This document shows, in pieces, positions 32,173 to 40,692 of a stretch of DNA of 64,000 bases; within the stretch, counting starts at the first letter, position 1; each line of letters opens with the position of its first letter. Location: contig CAWBOC010000006.1 in NCBI GenBank assembly GCA_963790305.1, positions 384,001 to 448,000 of the forward strand, in the 5' to 3' direction. This stretch comes from an uncultured Gemmatimonadaceae bacterium (GTDB lineage: Bacteria > Gemmatimonadota > Gemmatimonadetes > Gemmatimonadales > Gemmatimonadaceae). The notes beneath the pieces were generated by a model. It was not told the origin of the DNA. It searched no databases and was given only the letters and a program-made list of their open reading frames with translations. A program made the translations under genes and the position numbers.

Positions 32173-33008
32173 GCAGGGTCCTCCGCGGCCATCCTCCACG
32201 AGCGCGCCCTCTGCCAGGTCCCCGCCAATGCCGCACCGTCGCGAGCCTCGAGGGCATCGCCCAGATCCTGAAGCGCACTCGTCAGGCGACGCACGGCAGC
32301 GACGGTCTCGCGTGGTGCCCGGTCGAGTATCGCTTCCCACATGGCGAGGTCACTCGCTGCCAGACGGGTCGTGTCGCGCGCCCCGCGACCCAGATCGTGA
32401 GGATTGATCCCCTCGTCCGCGAGCGCGGCTGCGAGCGCCGTCGCAGTGAGCTGAGAAAGATGGCTGATCCACGACATCAGCGCATCGTGCGCTTCCGCCT
32501 TCTCCCATATGACACGCGTCGCCCCGGCGCCCCGCCACAAGCTTTCGATACGGTCGCGAACAGCGTCGGGTGCGCGGGCTTCGCCGCGGACGGTCGCGCC
32601 GCGAAACATCCCGGGATCCGCGGCCCCGAAGCCAGAGCGCTCGGACCCCGCGATCGGATGCGTGCCGAGCACCCGACGGAACTCGATCTCGCTCAGACCG
32701 AGCGTGTCACGACTCTGCAGGCTGGACGCGTGCAGGAGGAGGCACTCGTCAGGCAGGTGGGGCAGCAGCGCGCGGACGACGTCGGCGACCTCAGCCAACG
32801 GGACCGCAAGCATGACCACCGTGGATGCGGCCATCCCGTGCATCCAGCCAGATCCGTCGGCCCCGCACACGGCGATCCCAACGGCGCGCGCCGCGTCGCG
32901 GTCCCTTGCATTTCGTGACCAGGCGAGGGTCTGTGCGGCGCCACGCCAGGCCAGGGCAAGCGAGCCTCCGATGGCGCCTAGGCCCACGATTCCTATGCGC
33001 TCGAGCAT
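32169..33008 (-). CDS. tyrA: Prephenate/arogenate dehydrogenase
   Basis: IVGLGAIGGSLA Rossmann motif, HPIAGSERSG, HDALMSWISHL and RDTTRLA. Confidence 0.9.
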   Translation of the reverse strand: MLERIGIVGLGAIGGSLALAWRGAAQTLAWSRNARDRDAARAVGIAVCGADGSGWMHGMAASTVVMLAVPLAEVADVVRALLPHLPDECLLLHASSLQSRDTLGLSEIEFRRVLGTHPIAGSERSGFGAADPGMFRGATVRGEARAPDAVRDRIESLWRGAGATRVIWEKAEAHDALMSWISHLSQLTATALAAALADEGINPHDLGRGARDTTRLAASDLAMWEAILDRAPRETVAAVRRLTSALQDLGDALEARDGAALAGTWQRARSWRMAAEDPA

Positions 33009-33016
33009 GAGCCAAA

Positions 33017-33098
33017 GGTGGTCGAGGACGTCCAGGTCGTCGAGGTGACCGATGTGAATTCCCTCGATCACCTCGACGACGTGGCCGTCCTCGACCAC
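33017..33098. repeat. 9-bp tandem-unit inverted repeat (GTCGAGGTN family)
   Basis: gtcgaggac gtccaggtc gtcgaggtg accgatgtg aattc cctcgatca cctcgacga cgtggccgt cctcgacca; 20 bp identical to 62665-62684. Confidence 0.85.
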
Positions 33099-33155
33099 AG
33101 GATAAGCCGTTGAGGGGGAATCGTTTACAGGAGCCGATCTCCAACCGGATTTCGG

Positions 33156-33184
33156 TTGACAGGTGCAATGAAGAGCATTATGAT
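33156..33184 (+). promoter_or_regulatory. Near-consensus sigma70 promoter of the Rad52-like cassette
   Basis: TTGACA (33156-33161), N17, TATGAT (33179-33184). Confidence 0.85.
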
Positions 33185-33191
33185 TCGACAC

Positions 33192-33220
33192 CCGAACAAG
33201 TACCGAAATGGCCATTTCGG
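33192..33220. promoter_or_regulatory. Candidate repressor operator
   Basis: Perfect 18-bp palindrome CCGAAATGGCCATTTCGG (33203-33220), preceded by a CCGAA-N6-CCGAA direct repeat, just after the predicted +1. Confidence 0.6.
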
Positions 33221-33264
33221 AAGTCGACACAACGCTCACTCAGGAGGCGCGCTCACGACGACTC

Positions 33265-33498
33265 ATGCGCATTCGCGAACTCGATCCCCAGAAGCGGTGC
33301 GGCACAGGGACGACGGTGACTCAGCTCTACCTCGTCGACCGGCTGCCCAACGATCCGGGGGTCCAGCACCTGGTGTTCTTCGACCGGCATGGATGGTACT
33401 GCCTCCATGGCCGGGACTGTCCCGCCGTGAAAGCCGCGCAACAGTGCGACAGGAAAAACGGACGGACGACGACTCAACGGACCATACGAACTCGATAG
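33265..33498 (+). CDS. Small Cys/His-rich hypothetical protein (putative Zn-binding), 77 aa (96 aa if started at 33208)
   Basis: MRIRELDPQKRCG...HLVFFDRHGWYCLHGRDCPAV; AGGAGG upstream; 12 bp before the next gene. Confidence 0.7.
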   Translation: MRIRELDPQKRCGTGTTVTQLYLVDRLPNDPGVQHLVFFDRHGWYCLHGRDCPAVKAAQQCDRKNGRTTTQRTIRTR

Positions 33499-33510
33499 GG
33501 TGGATGAGAG

Positions 33511-34254
33511 ATGATCGCACGACATGAGACCCAGACGGAGCCCACGCTCGATATTTGGCGTCGCCTTGCGGCGCCGGTCGATCCCCAGGCCATCGCCTGG
33601 CGGCAGGATGGGCGACCTATTGCACGGGACGGGAAGCTCTTTGCGCGCTTCGTCGCGTACATTGAAGCCAACACCGTTCGCGAACGGCTGGACGCCGTAG
33701 TCCCGGGTGAGTGGAACCTGACCCTCGAGCTCCTTCCGACCGCGAGCGGGGGTGACGACGCAGGCGACTCGGCTCCCTTCGCCTTCAAGGCCCGGCTGCA
33801 AATCCTTGGCGTCGTGCGCGAGGACGTCGGCACGGGGAAGGATTACAAACAAGCCTCGACCGACGCGTTCAAGCGCGCGGCAGTGCGGTTCGGCATCGGC
33901 AACGAGCTCTATTCCTTCGGGCAGACCTGGGTCCCGATGGATGGGGACGGGAAATACGCCAAGCCGGTCGAAGATCCGCGCACGGTGTACGAGCGCCGAG
34001 AGGAGAAGAGTGGGACGCCCTCCCTTCCCTTCACCCGCGGGCTGATCGCGACCGACATTCCTCCATGCCCCAAGTGCGGCGGACGGATGTGGGACAACCG
34101 AATCGGGAAGCGGAATCCGCGGGCACCGGACTTCAAGTGCCGGGATCGGAGCTGTGATGGCGTGGTGTGGCCACCGCGTCCTGCCGCGGGCGAGACGCCC
34201 ACTGAGACGCAGCCCGTCTCCGCGACGGGTACCACCGATCAGATTCCATTCTGA
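33511..34254 (+). CDS. Rad52/Rad22 family single-strand annealing protein (DdrA/Sak-like) with C-terminal zinc ribbon
   Basis: L.AP....I.WR, AYIEANTVRERLD.V..GEW, REDVG and K.A.TDAFKRAAVRFGIG.ELY motifs; CPKC...FKCRDRSC ribbon; ends DQIPF. Confidence 0.85.
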   Translation: MIARHETQTEPTLDIWRRLAAPVDPQAIAWRQDGRPIARDGKLFARFVAYIEANTVRERLDAVVPGEWNLTLELLPTASGGDDAGDSAPFAFKARLQILGVVREDVGTGKDYKQASTDAFKRAAVRFGIGNELYSFGQTWVPMDGDGKYAKPVEDPRTVYERREEKSGTPSLPFTRGLIATDIPPCPKCGGRMWDNRIGKRNPRAPDFKCRDRSCDGVVWPPRPAAGETPTETQPVSATGTTDQIPF

Positions 34255-34273
34255 TTCGGAGGCCCGGAGACAC

Positions 34274-34312
34274 AAACGCCGCTCGGCGCTGAGGCGCAGG
34301 GCGGCGTTTCTT
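34274..34312 (+). terminator. Terminator after the Rad52-like gene
   Basis: aaacgccgc...gcggcgttt stem followed by ctt; lies between convergent genes. Confidence 0.7.
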
Positions 34313-34328
34313 CATCCCGTCGCACGAG

Positions 34329-34886
34329 CTAGACTCTGGGACCCTCGCGCTCGACGGGGGCCACGAGCGCGGTCCCGTGGTAGACGTCGACGATTACCAC
34401 CGAGTCCCACCGATCCGGCTCACTCACCCCGACCACTGGTCGGGCGTTGAACGCCACTGTGCGCTCGCCGCGGCGAATCATGACGCGTCCGAGAGCTCGT
34501 GCGGAGGGAGGGGCGACGAACTTCCCCGTCAGCCCGACGAGACCTTCCTCGTCCTCGGCTGGGTCGGTGAGACCAGCGGGCGACGGCGTCGCCCTGTTCG
34601 TCGCGACGACCGGACGAGGTGTGAGCACCAGGACCAGCACTGCGGCGGCAGTTCCAGCGGCGGCGGCGAGACGCGGGGCCAATCCCTCCATCGACGGCAC
34701 CGCCAGCACAAGGACGAGGCCGATCCCTCCGAACGCCACGAGGCACGCGCACGCAGCGCGCGTCACCGACAGCGGCGACAGCGCCCCGATGATGGAGTCA
34801 TGTGCGCGTGCATCGCTCTCCATGCGGTGCGAGAGCAGCAGCAACCCGCCGCCGAGGAGGCCGGAAAGGAGGAAGAGAGTCGTCAT
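34329..34886 (-). CDS. Membrane protein with NfeD-like C-terminal OB fold
   Basis: Three hydrophobic segments, then LVGLTGKFV...GRVMI...VVIVDVYHGTALVAPV. Confidence 0.6.
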   Translation of the reverse strand: MTTLFLLSGLLGGGLLLLSHRMESDARAHDSIIGALSPLSVTRAACACLVAFGGIGLVLVLAVPSMEGLAPRLAAAAGTAAAVLVLVLTPRPVVATNRATPSPAGLTDPAEDEEGLVGLTGKFVAPPSARALGRVMIRRGERTVAFNARPVVGVSEPDRWDSVVIVDVYHGTALVAPVEREGPRV

Positions 34887-34956
34887 GGCTTCGGACCGTC
34901 CATTCTGTATGCGCACCCTCCGAAATGCAATCGTCCGTTTCCAGGTTAGCCCGATC

Positions 34957-35472
34957 TCATTCGACGGCGGCCGGCACCTGGGCGACCCCAGCTGGCACCG
35001 GCGACAGACGCCACCGCACCGAGGCCCGAGCGACGACATCACCGCTCGCGTCGCGAATCTCGGGATGCAGATCGATCTCGAGGGGCGTGTAGACTGCCGG
35101 CACATCACACCGACACTCGGCGACGAGATCGCCACGGGCCTTTTTCACGAAATCGATCGCGAATCGAACGGGAATCCCGCGCACGTTGTCGGGGAGGCCC
35201 ACGATCATTGCGACACCACTCGCGACCTCGGCGAGGTTCGCGAGGGCAATGGCGTGCACGGATTGGAGATGATTACGCACGGCTCGGCGATCGCGCATCG
35301 CCACGCGCGCTACGCCAGGTGCAATCTCGAGAAATCGCGGGCGGATGGTGCCGGTGTACGGAACCAGTCGCGACAGCAGGCGTCCAAAGAGCCACCGGCC
35401 GCCGGGGAGAGGCGCGAGTCGCGACCACGCGTTTCGCAGTGCGCTCCCGGGAGAGCGTGATCGCTGAGTCAT
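34957..35472 (-). CDS. Hotdog-fold (PaaI/DUF4442-like) thioesterase family protein
   Basis: [24 protein letters not shown] and IDFVKKARG. Confidence 0.8.
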   Translation of the reverse strand: MTQRSRSPGSALRNAWSRLAPLPGGRWLFGRLLSRLVPYTGTIRPRFLEIAPGVARVAMRDRRAVRNHLQSVHAIALANLAEVASGVAMIVGLPDNVRGIPVRFAIDFVKKARGDLVAECRCDVPAVYTPLEIDLHPEIRDASGDVVARASVRWRLSPVPAGVAQVPAAVE

Positions 35473-35607
35473 GCGATGCCGTAGCGAAGAGGGATCGCCA
35501 ATTTGTGAGCAGGGGGAACGAACGACAAGCGTGCTGGCGCGATGCCCCCGGTCGAATCATCTTCTCGCGTCGCATTGCCGCTGGTCACCCGAACCAAGAG
35601 GTGGCGC

Positions 35608-38600
35608 ATGAGCCGTCGCGTTTGCTGGTCTCTTCTGCTCGTCCTCAGTGCGGCAGTCGCGGCACTCGGCCTGCGGGCAGCTCCCCTGGCGGCACAGGCG
35701 CAAGCCACCACGGGGATCGTGCGCGGGTTGGTGGTGGATTCCGCGGGTGCGGGAGTCGTCGGCGCGGTGGTTTCGCTTCGGAACGTGGCGACGAACTTCG
35801 AGCGGACACTGCAGACGAGTGATCGCGGGAGCTTTGTCGCGACCCTGCTTCCGCTCGGTGTCTACACGTTGACGGTGCGCGCGCTCGGGTACGCCGAAGG
35901 CCAGCGGCCAGGAATCGTCGTTCGGTTAGGCGAGAGCGTCGACCTGCGCATGACGCTGCAACCGCGCGCCGTGGAGCTGGCGACCGTTTCGGTGACGGGA
36001 GAGGCGCCCATCGTCGACGTGACGCAGACCGAAGCGGCCACGCGCATCTCGCGCGAGGCAATCGAGGGGCTGCCTAACAACGGCCGCAACTACCTCAACC
36101 TCACGCTGCTGACCCCCAACGTCGCCATCGTCCAGGGGCCGGACGGGGACGAATTGAGCGTCGGCGGCCAGCGCGGCATTCACAACAATGTCTCGGTGGA
36201 TGGCGCGGACTTCAACAACCCGTTCTTCGGCGAGCAGCGTGGCGGGCAGCGGCCGGCGTTCACCTTCAATCTCGACGCCGTCCAGGAGATGGTGGTGATC
36301 TCCAACGGCGCCAACGCGGAGTTCGGGCGATCCAGCGGCGGCTTCGTCAATGTCATCACGAAGTCCGGGACCAACGAGCTCGGCGGGTCGGTGCACTACT
36401 ACGGAAAATCCGATGCGCTGTCCTCCGACTTCGCGCGCGGCGGCGGTAATCCCGATTTCCGCCAGCACCAGTTCGGGTTCACGCTCGGCGGCCCCATCCA
36501 GCGAGACCGACTGTTCTTCTTCGTCGCATACGATCAACAGGTGTTCGATCAGACCAAGCAGACCAATTCGCTCCGGTTCGGTGATGCGCGGCTTCGAGCG
36601 TGGATGGACAGCGCCTTTGGAGGCGGACTACGCGGCGACTACGGCGCGATCGCACGCACCAACGATGCGAACGCGCTCATGGCCAAGCTCGACTGGCGCG
36701 TGAACGCGCAGCACCAGGTGTCACTCAAGTACAACTACGCCAATTCAGAGCAGGTAAACGGCACGTTCGACGTCGACACGTGGGGCCGGAGCGCCAATGC
36801 CGTCGAGAAGGATTACTCCCACGCCGTCAATGGCTTCCTCGGGTCGCAGTTCGGGAATTCGGTGTCGAACGAGTTCCGGTTCCAGCTTGCGCGAGAAGAC
36901 CGGCCACGTCCGTACGGTGGACCGCGGATGTCGAGCGGTCGCCCGTTCCCCGACACCGGGATGGACTTTGCGGCGGGCTATCGGTTCGGCATGCCGTTCT
37001 TCATTCCAGTCGAGGCCTACGACACGCGCATTCAAATCCTCGACAACATCTCGTGGTCGCGCGGCAACCACCTGTTCAAGGCCGGCGCCGAATGGAATCG
37101 TACCGAAGAGACGCAGACCTTCATCGGCTTCGCGAATGGGCGCTTCATCTTCAATAGCGTAGACGGATTCATCGAGTACCTCCGGAATCCCGCCTTCGTA
37201 CAGTGCACCGATCCCGATGGCAACATCGTCTCCTCGGGAGTCGCAATCACGTGCCCTACAGGGTCGGAGATTGGAGGCCCGTTGCTCCTCTACCTCCAGT
37301 TCGCTCCCGTGCCGCCGTACACGACGGCCGAGCAGGCTGGAACGCAGAAGATCCCGCAGCACGAGCTCGCGGTATTTCTGCAGGATACGTGGAAGCCACA
37401 GCCGAACCTAACGGTGAACTACGGCGTGCGGTGGGAGGCGCAGATCGAGCCCGATCCGATCACGCCACCGTCGGAGGTGTTCTACGCTCCGTTCATCGGG
37501 CGCACGAAGGCCGGCCAGACCTTCTCGTCGGACGGGACGATTCCGTCCGACTGGACGATGTTCCAGCCACGGCTCGGCATCGCATGGGACATGGACGGCG
37601 ACGGACGCAAGGTGATGCGAGGCAGCGCCGGACTCTACTACGCACGCGTTCCAAGCCTCATTCTCGCCAGCACGCGTACGAGCAACGGCTCGGTTGGGCA
37701 GACCATCTTCCGTGCCAGCTTCTTCAATGGCTTCGGCGTTCGTCCCCCCCGCTACGATTCGCTGCTCAACACCACCGGGGTCCGACCCGACCATCCAGGT
37801 ATCACCATCACCGACAAGGATTTTCGCAATCCGCGCACATTCGCGGCGAGCGCAGGCTACGAGTTCGAGATCGCGGAGGGGTGGGCACCATCGATCACGT
37901 ACAACTACACTCGAACCGATTTCCTCAACCGCTTCATCAACCGCAATGACGCGGTGTTCGGCGCGCCGTGGCGCACGGGCCTGCCGGCCATTGCGGGCGC
38001 CCCAGCCAATCCTGCTGACACGGCGAATGGCATCGACGTCCTGACCGTCCTCGAGAGCTCGGCCAAATCGCGGTATCACGGAGTGACCGCAGGTTTGAAA
38101 GGCCGCGTCGGCACGCGCTTCGACATGCAGGTGAACTACACGCTCTCGTGGGACCGCTCCGACGACGATAACGAACGCGACCCTTTCACCTTCCGCTACG
38201 CGCGCGCGGACGCGCTCAATGCGGAGTGGGGCTACTCTGATCGAGACCAGCGACATCGCGTCAACGCATGGTTGCTCGCCCGGGCACCATGGGAGCTCAT
38301 CTTCAACAACCGCGTGAGCTACTACTCCGCGCAGCCGGTCTCGGAGCGCTGCGTGGGCAACCAGCCGTCGGGTCAGACGGCGGCGGCTCCCACCGACCGC
38401 ATTTGCGCGAACGGGACGGTTCTGCAGCGCAACACGCTGCGCAAGGACAACGAGTTCTTCTCGTGGGATGTGCGCATCTCACGGCCGTTCAAGGTGGGAA
38501 CGGGCGCGCTCGAGGCGATCGTGGAGGTGTTCAACGTGACGAACACCGACAACTTCCGCGACCCGGCGCCGACGTCGCTGTTGTTCAACTTCGACGGCAC

Positions 38601-38661
38601 GATCCGGAGCGGCCTTGGGGATCCGAGGCAAGTGCAGGCCGGATTGAGGTGGGTGTTCTAA
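35608..38661 (+). CDS. TonB-dependent receptor (Oar-like, N-terminal carboxypeptidase-regulatory-like domain)
   Basis: Signal peptide, LPNNGRNYLNL, VDGAD, AEFGRSSGGFVNVITKSGTN, QFGFTLGGPI and FQPRLG.AWD; C-terminal PRQVQAGLRWVF. Confidence 0.92.
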   Translation: MSRRVCWSLLLVLSAAVAALGLRAAPLAAQAQATTGIVRGLVVDSAGAGVVGAVVSLRNVATNFERTLQTSDRGSFVATLLPLGVYTLTVRALGYAEGQRPGIVVRLGESVDLRMTLQPRAVELATVSVTGEAPIVDVTQTEAATRISREAIEGLPNNGRNYLNLTLLTPNVAIVQGPDGDELSVGGQRGIHNNVSVDGADFNNPFFGEQRGGQRPAFTFNLDAVQEMVVISNGANAEFGRSSGGFVNVITKSGTNELGGSVHYYGKSDALSSDFARGGGNPDFRQHQFGFTLGGPIQRDRLFFFVAYDQQVFDQTKQTNSLRFGDARLRAWMDSAFGGGLRGDYGAIARTNDANALMAKLDWRVNAQHQVSLKYNYANSEQVNGTFDVDTWGRSANAVEKDYSHAVNGFLGSQFGNSVSNEFRFQLAREDRPRPYGGPRMSSGRPFPDTGMDFAAGYRFGMPFFIPVEAYDTRIQILDNISWSRGNHLFKAGAEWNRTEETQTFIGFANGRFIFNSVDGFIEYLRNPAFVQCTDPDGNIVSSGVAITCPTGSEIGGPLLLYLQFAPVPPYTTAEQAGTQKIPQHELAVFLQDTWKPQPNLTVNYGVRWEAQIEPDPITPPSEVFYAPFIGRTKAGQTFSSDGTIPSDWTMFQPRLGIAWDMDGDGRKVMRGSAGLYYARVPSLILASTRTSNGSVGQTIFRASFFNGFGVRPPRYDSLLNTTGVRPDHPGITITDKDFRNPRTFAASAGYEFEIAEGWAPSITYNYTRTDFLNRFINRNDAVFGAPWRTGLPAIAGAPANPADTANGIDVLTVLESSAKSRYHGVTAGLKGRVGTRFDMQVNYTLSWDRSDDDNERDPFTFRYARADALNAEWGYSDRDQRHRVNAWLLARAPWELIFNNRVSYYSAQPVSERCVGNQPSGQTAAAPTDRICANGTVLQRNTLRKDNEFFSWDVRISRPFKVGTGALEAIVEVFNVTNTDNFRDPAPTSLLFNFDGTIRSGLGDPRQVQAGLRWVF

Positions 38662-38664
38662 GAC

Positions 38665-38746
38665 GGGGGCGCTGGGATAGCGCTGGAATAGCGCTGGAAG
38701 AGCGCTGGAAGAGCGCTTCCCCAGCGCTTCTCCAGCGCCCCAGCAC
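38665..38746. repeat. 11-bp tandem-unit inverted repeat (GCGCTGGAANA)
   Basis: gcgctgggata gcgctggaata gcgctggaaga gcgctggaaga gcgcttcccca gcgcttctcca gcgccccagc. Confidence 0.88.
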
Positions 38747-38876
38747 GTCGGCTTTTATTCGCGTTGCGGCTCGCCCCATCAGCCCGTCCTACCAGTGGTG
38801 CGAGGCGGAGCGACCGACCCCGCGGTCATGCTGTCCCCTCCACCGCAAGCCGTACCTGCAGCGAAGGAGTACCCCC

Positions 38877-39551
38877 ATGCGGTCGAGACTCGCTTGCGCA
38901 TCGCTCATTCTGTTGAGCGCCGCGTGTCACCCGCGCGCCATCACCCGCCTCAATGTGACGGCGCCCTGCCTCGAAGCCGAGGCCGGAAAGGCTGGACGGA
39001 ACGCGTGTCGCGATGCGATCGCGGACAACCCCGGTGAACCCAAGCTGCACACGCGGCTCGCGGCGTCGCACGTAGCCCTCGGCCAGGATGCCGAGGCGCT
39101 CGCCGAGCTGGAGCATGCGATCCGGCTGGATCCGGGCAACTTCGAGGCGCACTACGGCGCCGGCATGGTGCTGGCGCGGATGAAGCGGAGTGCCGATGCG
39201 CTGATGCATTTCCGTGATGCGCGCGCGATTGACGCGTCCGATCCGTCGGTAACGTGGCACATCGCGAATGCCCTTCGGACGCTCGGTGAGCGCGACCAGG
39301 CTTTTGCCGAGTTCCGTGCGCTCGTGGAGCGAGATCCGAACAACTCGTCGGCGTGGAGCTGGATGGCGATCAGCGCCGCGGAAATGGGCCGGCACGCGGA
39401 AGCGGTGGCGTACTGGCAGCGCACGCTGGAGCTCAACGTCCGGCACTTCGATCTGATGCAGGCGACCGAGAAGGCGATGTTCGAGGAGAGCCTTCGCATC
39501 GCCGGGCCGCAGCCGTCGGCGCGGATCGAGCCCGCGACGAAGAAGCCGTAA
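38877..39551 (+). CDS. Tetratricopeptide repeat lipoprotein
   Basis: AAGGAG RBS; signal with SAAC lipobox-like Cys; about four TPRs (AIRLDPGN, AIDASD, VERDPNN). Confidence 0.82.
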   Translation: MRSRLACASLILLSAACHPRAITRLNVTAPCLEAEAGKAGRNACRDAIADNPGEPKLHTRLAASHVALGQDAEALAELEHAIRLDPGNFEAHYGAGMVLARMKRSADALMHFRDARAIDASDPSVTWHIANALRTLGERDQAFAEFRALVERDPNNSSAWSWMAISAAEMGRHAEAVAYWQRTLELNVRHFDLMQATEKAMFEESLRIAGPQPSARIEPATKKP

Positions 39552-39570
39552 CGTCAGCGGTCTGGCGTAA

Positions 39571-39605
39571 ACGAGGGGCGGCGCCAACTTGGCGCCGCCC
39601 CTCGT
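39571..39605. terminator. Hairpin between convergent genes (probable bidirectional terminator)
   Basis: acgaggggcggcgcca / tggcgccgcccctcgt, a 16-bp stem. Confidence 0.75.
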
Positions 39606-39636
39606 CTGCATGCTGAAGCTACCTATCTCGGCGTCG

Positions 39637-40125
39637 TCAGGGCTTCTTGCACTCCGCCACGACCTGAAGGTCGTTCACGACGACGTTGCCGGCGTTGTCC
39701 TGACGGTACTGCCACTTCACCGTCGTGATGAAGTCGTTTCCGGGTCCCGGACCCATGACCCGCAACTTCTCGTGGGCGTGAGCGACGTACTGCTGGGTAC
39801 CGCCGAACTCATAGGAGCGCTGCGTGCCCTGCAACCATTGCACTCGGTACTCTGTTCCGGACGTAACCCCGACAGCGCGGACGTCGGTGAGGCGAACGCG
39901 TGTCACGTTGTGCACCCGGCCGCCCACCGCTCCGCCGGCCTTGATCGTGGTGACGAGGTTGCCCGTCACGTGAACCTGTTCGGTGCATCCGGTGAAGTTC
40001 TGATCGATCGCTGTCGTGAACGTCGTGTCGACGCGCTCACGGTCTGACGGATTCTGCGCGCGCGCCGCATTCGGGACTATCGCGAGCAGAGCGAGCGCAA
40101 GGCCGACCATGGACATCTTCTTCAT
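39637..40125 (-). CDS. Secreted hypothetical protein (beta-rich, two Cys)
   Basis: AGGAGG RBS and classic signal peptide MKKMSMVGLALALLAIVPNAARA. Confidence 0.75.
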   Translation of the reverse strand: MKKMSMVGLALALLAIVPNAARAQNPSDRERVDTTFTTAIDQNFTGCTEQVHVTGNLVTTIKAGGAVGGRVHNVTRVRLTDVRAVGVTSGTEYRVQWLQGTQRSYEFGGTQQYVAHAHEKLRVMGPGPGNDFITTVKWQYRQDNAGNVVVNDLQVVAECKKP

Positions 40126-40397
40126 GCTGCCCCTCCTAAGACTGAAAAGCTTTTCGTGATGGCTGAGGTGCCGCCCCGGGGGCCTAAATCACCGGCCGGG
40201 GGAGTGACGGGTTGCCACGCAAACATCGGTTTTGCAACTCGTGGACCGTCCCCCGCCGCACGTGCCGGTTGCCGGCTCACCCACGGCTAAGGCGCGCTCG
40301 GGGGCTTCAAGGCGTTAGGCCTTGGTACGGGGGCATACGCGCGCAGAGGGTCCGCCCGCGTCACAAGGACGTGGGAAAGGATCTGTTGGACGGGGAG

Positions 40398-40481
40398 TGC
40401 CCGGGGCCGGACTCGAACCGACATGGGGTTGCCCCCAGGGGATTTTAAGTCCCCCGCGTCTACCGGTTTCGCCACCCGGGC
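40398..40481 (-). tRNA. tRNA-Leu(TAA)
   Basis: GCCCGGG acceptor stem, GGGGA-CTTAAAA-TCCCC anticodon arm, long variable arm and GTTCGAGT T-loop; CCA not encoded. Confidence 0.96.
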
Positions 40482-40492
40482 AGTCGAGAAAC

Positions 40493-40558
40493 AATGAGGA
40501 ATGAGGAGAGAGCATTGAGGAAATCGATTTTCCTCACGCCTCATTCCTCATTCCTCAT
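40493..40558. repeat. Heptamer tandem-unit inverted repeat (GGAATGA / TCATTCC) in the tRNA spacer
   Basis: aatgagg aatgagg agagagcattgaggaaa tcgat tttcctca cgcctca ttcctca ttcctca. Confidence 0.85.
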
Positions 40559-40568
40559 CTGGTTCCAG

Positions 40569-40641
40569 AGCGGGAAACGGGACTCGAACCCGCGACCCCA
40601 ACCTTGGCAAGGTTGTGCTCTACCAACTGAGCTATTCCCGC
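40569..40641 (-). tRNA. tRNA-Gly(GCC)
   Basis: GCGGGAATAGCTCAGTTGGTAGAGCACAACCTTGCCAAGGTTGGGGTCGCGGGTTCGAGTCCCGTTTCCCGCT. Confidence 0.98.
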
Positions 40642-40651
40642 GACGGCTCGA

Positions 40652-40680
40652 AAGTTAGCGCTCACCTCCACACGCGACAA
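40652..40680 (-). promoter_or_regulatory. Promoter of the tRNA pair
   Basis: TTGTCG-N17-TAACTT just upstream of tRNA-Gly. Confidence 0.6.
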
Positions 40681-40692
40681 GCACGGGCACGC

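Noticed and set aside
32169..33239. Extended N-termini given by the ORF track (tyrA, arcA, pyrH, aroA, pheT, nadK and others)
   Set aside because: The extensions run through repeats or upstream genes; starts were reset to codons overlapping the upstream stop or matching family N-termini.
35473..35607. Cobalamin or other riboswitch ahead of the TonB-dependent receptor
   Set aside because: The gap is short and shared with a divergent gene, and no B12-box or other aptamer motif is visible.
38665..38746. Possible CRISPR or mini-array among the short repeats
   Set aside because: Units are 7-11 bp, directly adjacent and inverted, with no unique spacers and no cas genes in the window.
33200..40397. 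Genomic island or prophage integrated at the tRNA-Leu 3' end
   Set aside because: The genes look accessory, but I found no integrase, no duplicated tRNA 3' end, no phage structural genes and no obvious compositional shift.
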